Of a stretch of 55,534 nt of DNA, positions 1 through 9,300 are shown piece by piece; the first letter of the stretch is position 1; the number at the start of each line of letters is the position of its first letter. The notes below the pieces were generated by a model, which had not been told where the DNA came from, made no database searches, and saw only the letters and a program-made list of their open reading frames with translations. The stretch lies in the IMG/VR virus record IMGVR_UViG_3300014613_000031, positions 1-55,534 of that record, one strand, 5' to 3'. The DNA comes from a virus. Taxonomy: Duplodnaviria > Caudoviricetes. Both the position numbers and the translations under genes were made by a program.

Positions 1-106
1 CAGGACCATAAAGGTTCACGGAGCCCCTGAAAGTCTGGTTGCCAGTCCAGGTAAGATTCCGCTTTATGAGTTGACTTATATAATTCCAACCAAAGTCTCG
101 TGCCAT
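1..106 (-). CDS. 5' part of a gene running off the window (probably virion/head-completion protein)
   Basis: ATG at 106 after an AAGGAGG RBS; open frame MARDFGWNYISQLIKPESYLDWQ... to the window edge. Confidence 0.6.
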   Translation of the reverse strand, partial: MARDFGWNYISQLIKRNLTWTGNQTFRGSVNLYGP

Positions 107-118
107 CTCGATGCCTCC

Positions 119-496
119 TTAGTTGTGCATCAGAGCATAGGTCACCCCAGCCGTACATGTAGCTGCGGCAGCGGTCCTTATGGCTCTGAGTCTTAGGAAT
201 GGAAATAGATCGGGGGCAAACGTCGCTGCATCGGTCCCATTGGAGTCGGGTCCAGTAACGGATGTCCCTGCGATACGGACCTTGTTAGCTCCCGTGGGCT
301 TAATATAGGTAGCTCCACTGCGTACATAACTTCCAGTCCACTCAACATAGCAGGAGCCTCCAGTCTTTCCGAAGTCTCCTTGAATATGTGACCACAGGCA
401 GAAGTCCCCATTGTCAGCGTTTCTTGAGACGTCAATTGGAGTACTCCATGCTGTTGTGGCTGAAGACAGATCCAAGTATCCAGTAACTATTTTCAT
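119..496 (-). CDS. hypothetical virion protein
   Basis: GAGGAGGG RBS; beta-rich T/G/S/A composition; lies downstream of the capsid gene. Confidence 0.6.
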   Translation of the reverse strand: MKIVTGYLDLSSATTAWSTPIDVSRNADNGDFCLWSHIQGDFGKTGGSCYVEWTGSYVRSGATYIKPTGANKVRIAGTSVTGPDSNGTDAATFAPDLFPFLRLRAIRTAAAATCTAGVTYALMHN

Positions 497-601
497 CCTT
501 CCCTCCTCATCACTTCACATCACATATATAGAGTGAAGTCTTCAGCTATTAAGAAGGAGGGGGTCCTATATATAGTCCCTCCCTCCCAGTTATCAAAAAT
601 A

Positions 602-1072
602 TTACGTTCCAATTGCCCAATAGGCTATGGACACCGCTGAGTTGAACACACCACCCTGAGGGGTGGCAAATACATAAAAATCTACATGGGTAACGCCGGA
701 TGCCCAAGCACCAGTCTTCGGCTTCACCACCACAATAGCACATGAAGACACTGCTGCCCTATTGAAACAGGGAACAGCCATCACATGTTTGACCAATGTC
801 AGACCCAGTGCCTGCCTTGCCAACGAAGTTCCTGCACAGTCCAGATATCCTGCCACTGACTTTTCACTAATCGTATCATGGTTCAGAATATAACCCGACG
901 TAGAAGTGGTAATGTTACCAGTTGTAGCAGTAATGGTTGTTGCATTGATGGTTGTAGTGTCGATAGTTGTCCCGTAAATTGTAGTCCCCGAAGGGCTTGT
1001 TTGGAAGGTAACACCAGACACCTTTCCTGTGAATCTCTGTGGCCTGGCGTCATTGTTTTGTCTTGGTCTCAT
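602..1072 (-). CDS. putative head fibre/decoration protein with Thr-rich pentapeptide repeats
   Basis: Immediately downstream of MCP; GTTIY-GTTID-TTTIN-ATTIT-ATTGN repeats; AAGGAGG RBS. Confidence 0.55.
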   Translation of the reverse strand: MRPRQNNDARPQRFTGKVSGVTFQTSPSGTTIYGTTIDTTTINATTITATTGNITTSTSGYILNHDTISEKSVAGYLDCAGTSLARQALGLTLVKHVMAVPCFNRAAVSSCAIVVVKPKTGAWASGVTHVDFYVFATPQGGVFNSAVSIAYWAIGT

Positions 1073-1112
1073 TTTCTCATATCCTCCTTAGTATCAAAAA
1101 TATTTTTATAAG

Positions 1113-1168
1113 GTGGGAGTTCAGGCTTTGGGGAGAAAATGTAACCGCCCTTCTACGTGAACCCCCAT
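1113..1168 (-). terminator. stem-loop after the MCP gene (terminator/attenuator or small structured RNA)
   Basis: gtgggagttca (1113-1123) pairs with tgaacccccat (1158-1168). Confidence 0.35.
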
Positions 1169-1206
1169 TCCTCCAGAATTAGAGTTCCACAGCAAAACCA
1201 CTGGTC

Positions 1207-2277
1207 TTATCCTGTGAACTTAAAGCCGTACTTATCATCTACGCCCGTTATATTTCCAAAGTAACGGACCTTATGGCGGGACTTAATGTCCCTCTCAAAG
1301 TCCTGCTCATGGCCAGGAGCAGCGCTGAATACCTGCAGTGGCCACACCTCCATCCACCAGAACGCCATCTTGAAATCGCCGAGGTACCAGGTGCTGGTGC
1401 TCTGGGCAGTGACGTATGGGGATGTGATAGGAGTGAAGAGGGCCTTGTAAATATTGACCGCGTTCTCACCACTCTCAGGTACGTTCGGGCTACGGACCAT
1501 CTGCAGGGCAGCTCGGTACACATCGAACGGGAACAGCCCAACAAGGTTGCCCTGTGGGATGCCCACATAGTCCCCATTCTCATCCGTCATGTTATGGACG
1601 AGTTTGAGGGCCTGCTCCAACCCAGCTTCACCAAAGGGGGTGGCTGAGCGGGAATTGATCCGACGAATGCCGGAAGCCGCTGTACGGTAGAAGGCCACGG
1701 CAGTTCCACTCACGTTGAACACTGTGCTGTTGATGTCCTGGACCCCTTCAACAATAAGTTTTTCCCGGTGCTGTTTGGCCTTGATTCCAATCCGGTTGGC
1801 CATGGCCAGGATCTGCCCTGTCTTATCGAAATAGATTGCCTCTTCTGTGACCGAGATGAGCCGACCGAACTTCTTGTTGCGGTTGGTCACATACTTCTCA
1901 CCCATGTCGGACTCGTTGTATGGGCGACCCTGCTGTACTTCCTCGGGCATCTCCACAGCATTGAATCCAGCTATGGTATCGACTTCCATCCGGCTGGGGA
2001 CGGTGGTGCAGAGCATATCCCCTACGGCATCAATGGAATTGTACCCCGCGATCACTTTGGCATTGATGAGCTCACCGGTGATTTGAGGGAACATATCAGA
2101 AGACACAGCTTCCGTCACTGACCTTCCGGGCTCACAGGCCTCCCAGATCTCCCTGATGGAGAAGTCCTCCGGTCTCACCTTTCCCTCCCTGAGGGAAGTG
2201 GCTATGACCTTCGGGGTCTGAGTGCCAACTTGCTCAATCAGATCCCTCAGTGCTACTTTCGTCTTATCTTTAAACAT
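1207..2277 (-). CDS. major capsid protein (HK97 fold, Mu gpT-like)
   Basis: 356 aa; KFGRLISVTEEAIYFDKTG and STSTWYLGDFK motifs typical of Mu-gpT-like MCPs; follows protease and decoration genes. Confidence 0.85.
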   Translation of the reverse strand: MFKDKTKVALRDLIEQVGTQTPKVIATSLREGKVRPEDFSIREIWEACEPGRSVTEAVSSDMFPQITGELINAKVIAGYNSIDAVGDMLCTTVPSRMEVDTIAGFNAVEMPEEVQQGRPYNESDMGEKYVTNRNKKFGRLISVTEEAIYFDKTGQILAMANRIGIKAKQHREKLIVEGVQDINSTVFNVSGTAVAFYRTAASGIRRINSRSATPFGEAGLEQALKLVHNMTDENGDYVGIPQGNLVGLFPFDVYRAALQMVRSPNVPESGENAVNIYKALFTPITSPYVTAQSTSTWYLGDFKMAFWWMEVWPLQVFSAAPGHEQDFERDIKSRHKVRYFGNITGVDDKYGFKFTG

Positions 2278-2294
2278 TTTCAGTTTCCTCCTTA

Positions 2295-2825
2295 TCAGTA
2301 ATTGTCTCTGATCAACTCAGAGTGGGCGATGTTGAACATCGTCCATGCCACAAATTCCACTTCCGCTTGGTAATTTCCGCTTCTGACTGCCTTTCCAATA
2401 TTGCCTGAACTTCCACTCATCACTGTCACGACCTGATTGTATAGGGTTGTTCCCGAACCCGCTGGGGCTGCAAAATAACCTACCTTCACTGTTCGAGTGT
2501 TCTTGAGGGGGTACTTGAAGAGCCCTTCAATATGGACGGACACTTTCTCCGTGACCCCACTCTCTGAATGCCACGCTGCCACCCCAATAAAGTTGTTAGC
2601 AGCGAGGGTCTTGTTACTCGCCAAAGTTAGGGTTGAACCACTGACCTTACTGAAGGGATAAGCATAATAGTCTGCCGCTGAAGTCCCCCGGTCCCTCAAG
2701 CCAACTGTTTGGTCAAGGAACAGGAGGTCTCCCTTGTCAACTTCCACGTTGCCGTGAACGTCAACTTCGATGGTGACCACATCACCCCACCCCTCCCTGT
2801 AAAGTCTACGATCATAATTGCCCAC
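2295..2825 (-). CDS. capsid decoration/cement protein, paralog 2
   Basis: Between protease and MCP; V-x-KGDL...FIGVA...G-x-FKYP pattern. Confidence 0.65.
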   Translation of the reverse strand: MGNYDRRLYREGWGDVVTIEVDVHGNVEVDKGDLLFLDQTVGLRDRGTSAADYYAYPFSKVSGSTLTLASNKTLAANNFIGVAAWHSESGVTEKVSVHIEGLFKYPLKNTRTVKVGYFAAPAGSGTTLYNQVVTVMSGSSGNIGKAVRSGNYQAEVEFVAWTMFNIAHSELIRDNY

Positions 2826-2831
2826 AACCTG

Positions 2832-3353
2832 TTACCGCATATATCCGTAACTCACACCACTGAACTGGGTTACCAGGTTGAAGTCCACGTTGGTGGCCCC
2901 AGCCTCTGTCTTCACGACATAACCAATTTGGGTTTGATACTCATCAGTCAGCTCACTCGCGGCCTTGCTAACTACTTGTTGCGTATAGAAAGTCTTTGCA
3001 GCAGAAGTAGCTGGACATACAAGCTGTCCCACCGTCACCCCTGTAGTTGCCACAAGGGGATACCTAAATATGCCCGCTGTAGCCATGGGAATAGTCTGCG
3101 TGGTGCCTGACTTGGAACCCTCCATAGCGATCCCTCCGAACTGGCAGGCGAAGTAATTGGTTGTTGCGTCGGACAGGGTTGTTAAAGGGTAAGCATACCA
3201 GTCCGCTGTGGTCTCCGGGGTCACCGTGACCTTCAGGGTCGAGTTGACTCGCATAATGGCAAGAAGATCCCCTTTCTCAATGACCGTGTGACCATGAACA
3301 GGAACTTCTACTTCTCTTGTTTCACCTCTAAGGTGTCTATTTACTGCAGCCAT
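2832..3353 (-). CDS. capsid decoration/cement protein, paralog 1
   Basis: IEKGDLL...FGGIA...GIFRYP; visibly homologous to 2295..2825. Confidence 0.65.
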   Translation of the reverse strand: MAAVNRHLRGETREVEVPVHGHTVIEKGDLLAIMRVNSTLKVTVTPETTADWYAYPLTTLSDATTNYFACQFGGIAMEGSKSGTTQTIPMATAGIFRYPLVATTGVTVGQLVCPATSAAKTFYTQQVVSKAASELTDEYQTQIGYVVKTEAGATNVDFNLVTQFSGVSYGYMR

Positions 3354-3399
3354 TTGTTTTCATACCTCCTAATAAATTAAATGTATCCCTGGTGGGATC

Positions 3400-4782
3400 T
3401 TAGTCTTTGAGGGTAGACTCAAACTTCTTCCTTGCAGAATCCAGCTTGTCGTCCTCCTCCTTGTTGTCTACCTGACTCTCCCTCTTCTCCTTGAACTCCC
3501 CACCAGCATTCTTGACAGGGGTCCTTTTGCCATTGAACCAGAGGGTCTTACGATCTTCCACGGCTTCCTTAATTTCCTTCTCATCCTTCTTCATCAGGTC
3601 TGACCTGAAGACATCAGAGATGGCTTCTTTCGGAAGTTTGGCTTCTGTGATGGCCTGGGTGATGAGAGCCTCCTTAGCAATGGCCTTATCCTTAGTCTCA
3701 TACTCATCGAGCTTCTTGGTCAAGTCATCCTTCTCTTTCTTGAGGTCCTCATTCTCTTTCTTGAGGATGTCATTTGTAGCTGTGAATGTGTCGATCTTTG
3801 CCTTGAGCTCTTTCAGCTCGTCTTCCATTGTGCTGACTCTGTCAGCATCTTCGATGGATGCCCGAATCTGATCAACGAGATCGGACCTTTCCTTACTCAA
3901 AATTTCCAGAGTTATGTCTTTCAGTTCCATGTCGTTTTTAACCTCCTTGGTGTTTTTGTCCGACTCAACCATCAGGCCACCCCTACTGTCGGAGGTGGAC
4001 TTGGCCTTGCCGGTCATTAAATTGTTTACTTCACTATCGAGATCATCCAGAAGGGCACTAATGTCCTTCTTCTTATCAGGGAAGGGCCTATCCTTGCTGC
4101 GGAAGATGTCTCGTATCATATCTATAACCTCATACTGGAGATCATTGATCGCCTGCTCTACCTTCCGTTCCTTCATCTTATCCTTCAATACCCCCTCTTG
4201 GATGAACCGTGCCTCATCCTCTGACTCATCATCAGCTGACACGTCCGGCAAGTGCTGGAACAGGTCCATTGTAGTAGCAGCCTGGCTAACCAAGTCCACT
4301 GACTTCAATTTCTCTATATCAATGACTGACTCCTTACCCTGCTCGTCCTTATACACACGGACGGTGCTGTTGATAGAACACCCTACCCCCTGGGGCCTCA
4401 TTCGGGAGACATCCTCCACAAGATCCCACCAAGCCGGACGCACCTTCAAGTCAGCGAATATCTTATCTCCCTCCTTGCGGGGCTGGGTAAACACCCCTGC
4501 CCACGTAGACATGGGGCGGACCCCATCAGTCTCCTTTGACAGGCTCTTCGAGGGATGGTCAATGAAAAAACGTGCCCCCTCCACAAGCTGGGACAGCTTG
4601 ACCAGGGCGTTGTCCATGTAAGTATAGCCATTCAGACTTTCCTTCCTGCCGATAATACAAACATTCTGAATGGTGTGGTCCTTCCGATTGAGGTTCTCCT
4701 CAGTAATATCCTGGAAGGGATTTTCCCCCCACTTATCTTCAATGTCTCTGGTCCTTACTAAACGGGCTAAAAATTTTGCCAT
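3400..4782 (-). CDS. prohead protease fused to scaffold
   Basis: ESLNGYTY, FFIDHP, GCSIN, SVDLV protease motifs followed by a long K/E coiled coil. Confidence 0.8.
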   Translation of the reverse strand: MAKFLARLVRTRDIEDKWGENPFQDITEENLNRKDHTIQNVCIIGRKESLNGYTYMDNALVKLSQLVEGARFFIDHPSKSLSKETDGVRPMSTWAGVFTQPRKEGDKIFADLKVRPAWWDLVEDVSRMRPQGVGCSINSTVRVYKDEQGKESVIDIEKLKSVDLVSQAATTMDLFQHLPDVSADDESEDEARFIQEGVLKDKMKERKVEQAINDLQYEVIDMIRDIFRSKDRPFPDKKKDISALLDDLDSEVNNLMTGKAKSTSDSRGGLMVESDKNTKEVKNDMELKDITLEILSKERSDLVDQIRASIEDADRVSTMEDELKELKAKIDTFTATNDILKKENEDLKKEKDDLTKKLDEYETKDKAIAKEALITQAITEAKLPKEAISDVFRSDLMKKDEKEIKEAVEDRKTLWFNGKRTPVKNAGGEFKEKRESQVDNKEEDDKLDSARKKFESTLKD

Positions 4783-4798
4783 CGTTGGCTCCTCCTTT

Positions 4799-5401
4799 TT
4801 ACACTATTCGTCTGTTTGTTACAAGTTTACGTTTCCACGATCGGAGAATGTCCTCCGAACCATGATGATCCACTGCCACAAAACTTTCCTTTTTCACACT
4901 ATCTGCATATTGCCCTATCTTGTGCTTTTTAAGCAACCCATCGAGCTTTTTCTTGACGTCAGCAGGGATGCTCATTGGAGTACCGGAACGGGCACCAGCG
5001 ACGGCAGCGGCTATGGCCCTCAGTGCCCCAAGATTCACATTGCCAGACCCATCCTTGTAGGGTAGGTGCCACTTGTCCTTGGTCTTTCCATCTCCCTCAA
5101 CCCACAGGAAGGCTGACTTAGGGAGCTTTGACTTGTCCACACTGGACCAGGAGGCATCGCTCACCCCTTCCTTAGCCAGGAGCGCCCTCATAAGGGCTTC
5201 TTGCAATCCGTTGAAATATCCCTTCCTGGACTTTGACCTCTCCATGAAGCCAGCCTGCTTCGCAGCGAAGCCCTGAGCGTTGGCCTTCTTTTTAGCGGCC
5301 TTTGCCCCGGCTGTATCCCCAGCAGTGTATGTATAACACTTTCCTGAGCTGCCCCACTTAAATCCTGTCTTCCCACCTTCAGAACATTGTTGAACTGGCA
5401 T
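4799..5401 (-). CDS. head-associated protein with two small domains
   Basis: N-terminal GFKWGSSGKCYTY module plus LPKSAF...WHLPY...VNLGALRA module often seen attached to phage head proteases. Confidence 0.5.
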   Translation of the reverse strand: MPVQQCSEGGKTGFKWGSSGKCYTYTAGDTAGAKAAKKKANAQGFAAKQAGFMERSKSRKGYFNGLQEALMRALLAKEGVSDASWSSVDKSKLPKSAFLWVEGDGKTKDKWHLPYKDGSGNVNLGALRAIAAAVAGARSGTPMSIPADVKKKLDGLLKKHKIGQYADSVKKESFVAVDHHGSEDILRSWKRKLVTNRRIV

Positions 5402-5462
5402 ATCTTATTAATAACTCCTGGTTTCTATATTCTTACTTCAAATTATAATTTATTTGTTTCCA

Positions 5463-5633
5463 TTTTCAAAAATCACTTTGAAAAGGGAATCCAAAAAAAA
5501 TAGAAGGAAGGGTGAATCCTTTTATGGATTCACCCCAATACTCTTCTAAAGAAGAGTATTTTCTTCTTTTTATCATTTCTTTTATTATGCTATAAATTTT
5601 TTTATAGGTTACTTATAAATTTTTTTATAAGTA
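5463..5633. promoter_or_regulatory. AT-rich intergenic region with five inverted repeats upstream of the protease/capsid operon
   Basis: IRs at 5463-5484, 5510-5535, 5537-5560; identical 16-mer tataaatttttttata at 5591-5606 and 5614-5629. Confidence 0.55.
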
Positions 5634-5654
5634 GAACATGTTTACTCTGCCTGT

Positions 5655-5924
5655 TTAGGCCACCAGAAGGGCTATTCCGCCATTGCACTTCATCAGCCCT
5701 TCAACCACTAATCGAGCAACTTCGTTCATCCCATCCACCACTGGCCATTCCACTGATCGGAGTTCCCCAATGAGCTCCTTCAGATCCACTGACATCCCCA
5801 GGTCGATGAAATTCTTGAGGTAGGGGAGCCCTGCCTCCTCAGCCTTGTCATAGAAGAAGTTTGATACGAAGGAATTCCTGAACTCCCCCACCGTCTCGCC
5901 TGTTTCATCCACTATGTAGGTCAT
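5655..5924 (-). CDS. small acidic protein, candidate immunity protein
   Basis: Third of three coupled small genes directly after the MuF cargo gene (ATGA overlap). Confidence 0.5.
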   Translation of the reverse strand: MTYIVDETGETVGEFRNSFVSNFFYDKAEEAGLPYLKNFIDLGMSVDLKELIGELRSVEWPVVDGMNEVARLVVEGLMKCNGGIALLVA

Positions 5925-6106
5925 CTTGCCTTCTCCTCAAACTTGGGACAATCCTCTATTGAGTCTCTCACCTGGGTGGGAATGCCATCAGGATACTGGC
6001 TACAAATCATCCTCCTTAAATCAGCACCCTCCTCCAATACTTGAGGTAGCACCCATTTTAGGGTCTTGCCAAATTTGCACCCTCCGCACTGTAGAACTGG
6101 AATCAT
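5921..6106 (-). CDS. small Cys-rich protein, candidate immunity protein
   Basis: CGGC...CSQYPDGIP...CPKF; paralog of 6103..6312. Confidence 0.5.
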   Translation of the reverse strand: MIPVLQCGGCKFGKTLKWVLPQVLEEGADLRRMICSQYPDGIPTQVRDSIEDCPKFEEKAR

Positions 6107-6312
6107 TCCCGTTCTCCCTTCTCATAGGTGAAATCCCCCATCTGATTGGAATACTTGACCAGGTGCTGGTTGTCCCCGTAAGTGATCTCATTCGGGATGC
6201 CTTCAGGAAATGCCTTGCAAGCATTAGTCTCGGTCAGCTCGGTGCCGTCTGGCTGGATGACCCCTATGTAATGCTTGCACTCCCTCGTCCAACATGTTGG
6301 TTCTGCTAACAT
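6103..6312 (-). CDS. small Cys-rich protein, candidate immunity protein
   Basis: CKHY...CKAFPEGIP...GDNQH motif; directly after the MuF-toxin gene with an AGGAGG RBS. Confidence 0.55.
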   Translation of the reverse strand: MLAEPTCWTRECKHYIGVIQPDGTELTETNACKAFPEGIPNEITYGDNQHLVKYSNQMGDFTYEKGERE

Positions 6313-6317
6313 CTCAT

Positions 6318-9300
6318 TTATCCTCCTTTCTTTATTTGGTCGTAATTAATAAATTCAACTTTTATCTGCTTACTTCCTTTCATTTTTTCAATGAAAATTC
6401 TATGATGGCCATCCATAATATAATTTTTGTTATTTTCTTTAACAATTAGTGGATGATCACTAAATTCTTCCCCCAATCCTTGTAGTTTGTTTATGACCCC
6501 TTCTTTTCTGATCAGATTCTGGGAAGGAATTATTTTATCAATATCAATATTTTTTATCTTGCCCTTCAGCTTCCAATTATCTTCAAGCCAATCACCAAGC
6601 TTACCAGCTTGTTTCTCATCCATTATTTCCTTAAAAAACGGTTTTATATCCACATAATCACCCCTTCCTTGAGGCATTAGTTTCCCCCTTGCAGATAATC
6701 CCGGCAGTTCTTTTATTTTATCCACCAGTTCTTGATCTTTAACTGTTATAGCCTTCTCGATGGGCTTTTTCACCACCTTCACCTCTGCACTGACACCCTT
6801 GGTGACTGGTCTGGCTTTAGTTTTGAGTAAGTCATCGAAGTACCCTTCCAGCGCTTTGGGCAACACCCCTCTACGATATAATGGAGAAGTATAAGCGGAA
6901 AAGACCTCTGCAAAAGCCTCTTCGTCGTTGGTCTGGGCATATTTACTCACTTTTTTGAACAGGTTTGTATTTTTATTAAAAACAACCTCCCATGCTTTTC
7001 TAACTTCTTCTGAAAGTTGTTGAGAAGTTCTATGTCCATACTCATGCCGAATCAAACCAAAATAATCATTTGATGTAAGATACTTCTTATCGCTAAGTTG
7101 CAAAGTGTGCTTCAAGGACTTCCCTCTTGCTGCTATTTGAAGCATAGAATCTTCAAATAAATAAGAACCCACTATATCGTCGCCCATAATACCGGGGAAG
7201 CTTTTTGCATCAACAACAACAAAATCCAGTAAATAATTATGGTGTATCGTTTTCAGTTCTGGAAACTGTTCATGAAGATTGTCTAAACTTTCCATTGCCA
7301 GTTTGGCTAAATTAAGTCCTTCCTCTTTCTTTGTAAACCCCTGTATGGAAACAGTGTCTATACGCAGTCGCTCCTCTGCTACTTTAGATAGTTCATCAAA
7401 GTCAACAGGGTTTTTCCATACAGCCGTTGTTGGTTTTGCAGTTATTTCCTTTATCTTAACAATGGAAGGGGGTTTCTCGACTTTCTTTATTATGGGGGTC
7501 TTTTTTATTTTATCAAAACGAACTCGCATACCTACAAACTTGTCCAATGTTTTAGCCAACTCAGGGGGGGCTTGTCCGGTAGCAACCAAATCTTTGGCTG
7601 TTCTCCATAACTTCACAACATCATCTTGTGGTATATCCAAAGAAGAACTACCAAACTTGGTTACCACTTGCAACTTTGCATCGATTTGTTTCGACAATTT
7701 TATTATGTCTTCTTTGAGTTTCTCCCTTGCTTTGACAGCTTTACTGAGTTCAGCTTTTAAGCCCTTCACTACAGGCTCAATAGCTATCCCACGCCGCCCA
7801 GGCAATCCCTTGCCTATCCGCCTTTCCATCTGATTTATTATCCGTTTGACCACTGGGTGTAGGGCATCCCCATTCATCATCTTGGCCATTGCTTCAGCAT
7901 AGAACTCCCCTTCATTTTTGAAAGCATACTCACTTACGAACCTGGGCATATCGGTGGGACCAATTTCTTTATATAAGTCCTTGACAACAGCCTCCGATAG
8001 GGGACGCGCTGATGTGGCTTCAGTCCCTCCAAGTTGGAAATACTTCTGGTGGGCAAGCTCATGCCGGACGACATGGCCCCTGCTGGATGTGGAAAATCTC
8101 CCCACTTGAAACTGATCCTTGGCCATGATGGTCATATCATCCAGGGACTTGAAGTATTTGGGGTTGAAGGCCACGGTGCCATCCTCAAAGCTCACCCCAG
8201 CCAGACTACGGTTGTTCCCAGTGAAGAAAACATCATTGATCCTGACACTGGTGGGTGTCACCTTGTACTCCTTTGCAATCCCCCCAAGATATTGGTTAAT
8301 GAGCTTGGCAGCACGGTTGTCGATGTCATCATAATCCACTTCCTTCAAGCCGAAGGTCTTCTTGGCGAAGTTCTCCGACTGCTTCAAGGAGGTCGTCTTC
8401 ACTGGGGCTGACTTGGCCACTGGGGGTTGGTCAAACTTCCGGGCACCCTTCTTGAGCAACTGCACGAGGTGGGCATCATCTCTGACTTCAATCATTGTGT
8501 TGAGCCTGTAATTGGCAAACCCCTTCTTGTAGTAGATCTTGCCAAAGTTGGGGGAGCCAGGGGTCTGCTCTATGACTACGGTATGTCCCCGCACCCCATA
8601 CTTCTTCTCAAAAGCTGCCTTACGGGCCTTAGCTGCTTTATCCATCCAGATCTGGTGCTTGGCACCCTCGGTATTATTTAAGATGGTCTTAAACTCAATG
8701 AACTCATTGTCCAGGAACATGTCAAAGGGTTTGGACCCAGTGCTGTGCTCTGCCCCTATCCTCCGAGCCATTTTACGCTCCATGAGTTCAGCTATATCAT
8801 GATCCTGCTTGGTCTTGACCCAGGCATTCTTGTGGGCCGCTACTTGCTTGGGAGACATCTTGGCCAAAAGTTCAGCGGGGATGGGCTTGGTGGGAGGTCC
8901 CTCTTTGTACAGCTTTTGTCTGGCAATACGGATGTAGTCGTCTATGACCAACTTCATATCATCGACTGACATGCCCTCCTGATACATATAGCGCATGACG
9001 TTAAGATCATTGAGGTTGTGCTGGGCAACAGCCAAAGGCTGCTTGGAGAGTACATCGTCCAGATACTTACCCACATCATCCCAGTTCTTGGCCTGAACTG
9101 ACTTGACGAAGTCTCCCATGGTGATAGAGTTGATCAGGTCGGCAGGGGCCCACTGGGGATGGGTGAAGACTTCGGCCTTGACACCCTTGGTGATTGGTTC
9201 AGCTTTGCCCAAAAAATCCACTTCCATTTCCCAAACATCATCAACTTTGTTAACTTTAACAATTCTAAAACTACTGTTTCTTGGAAGAAGCATTTCTAAA

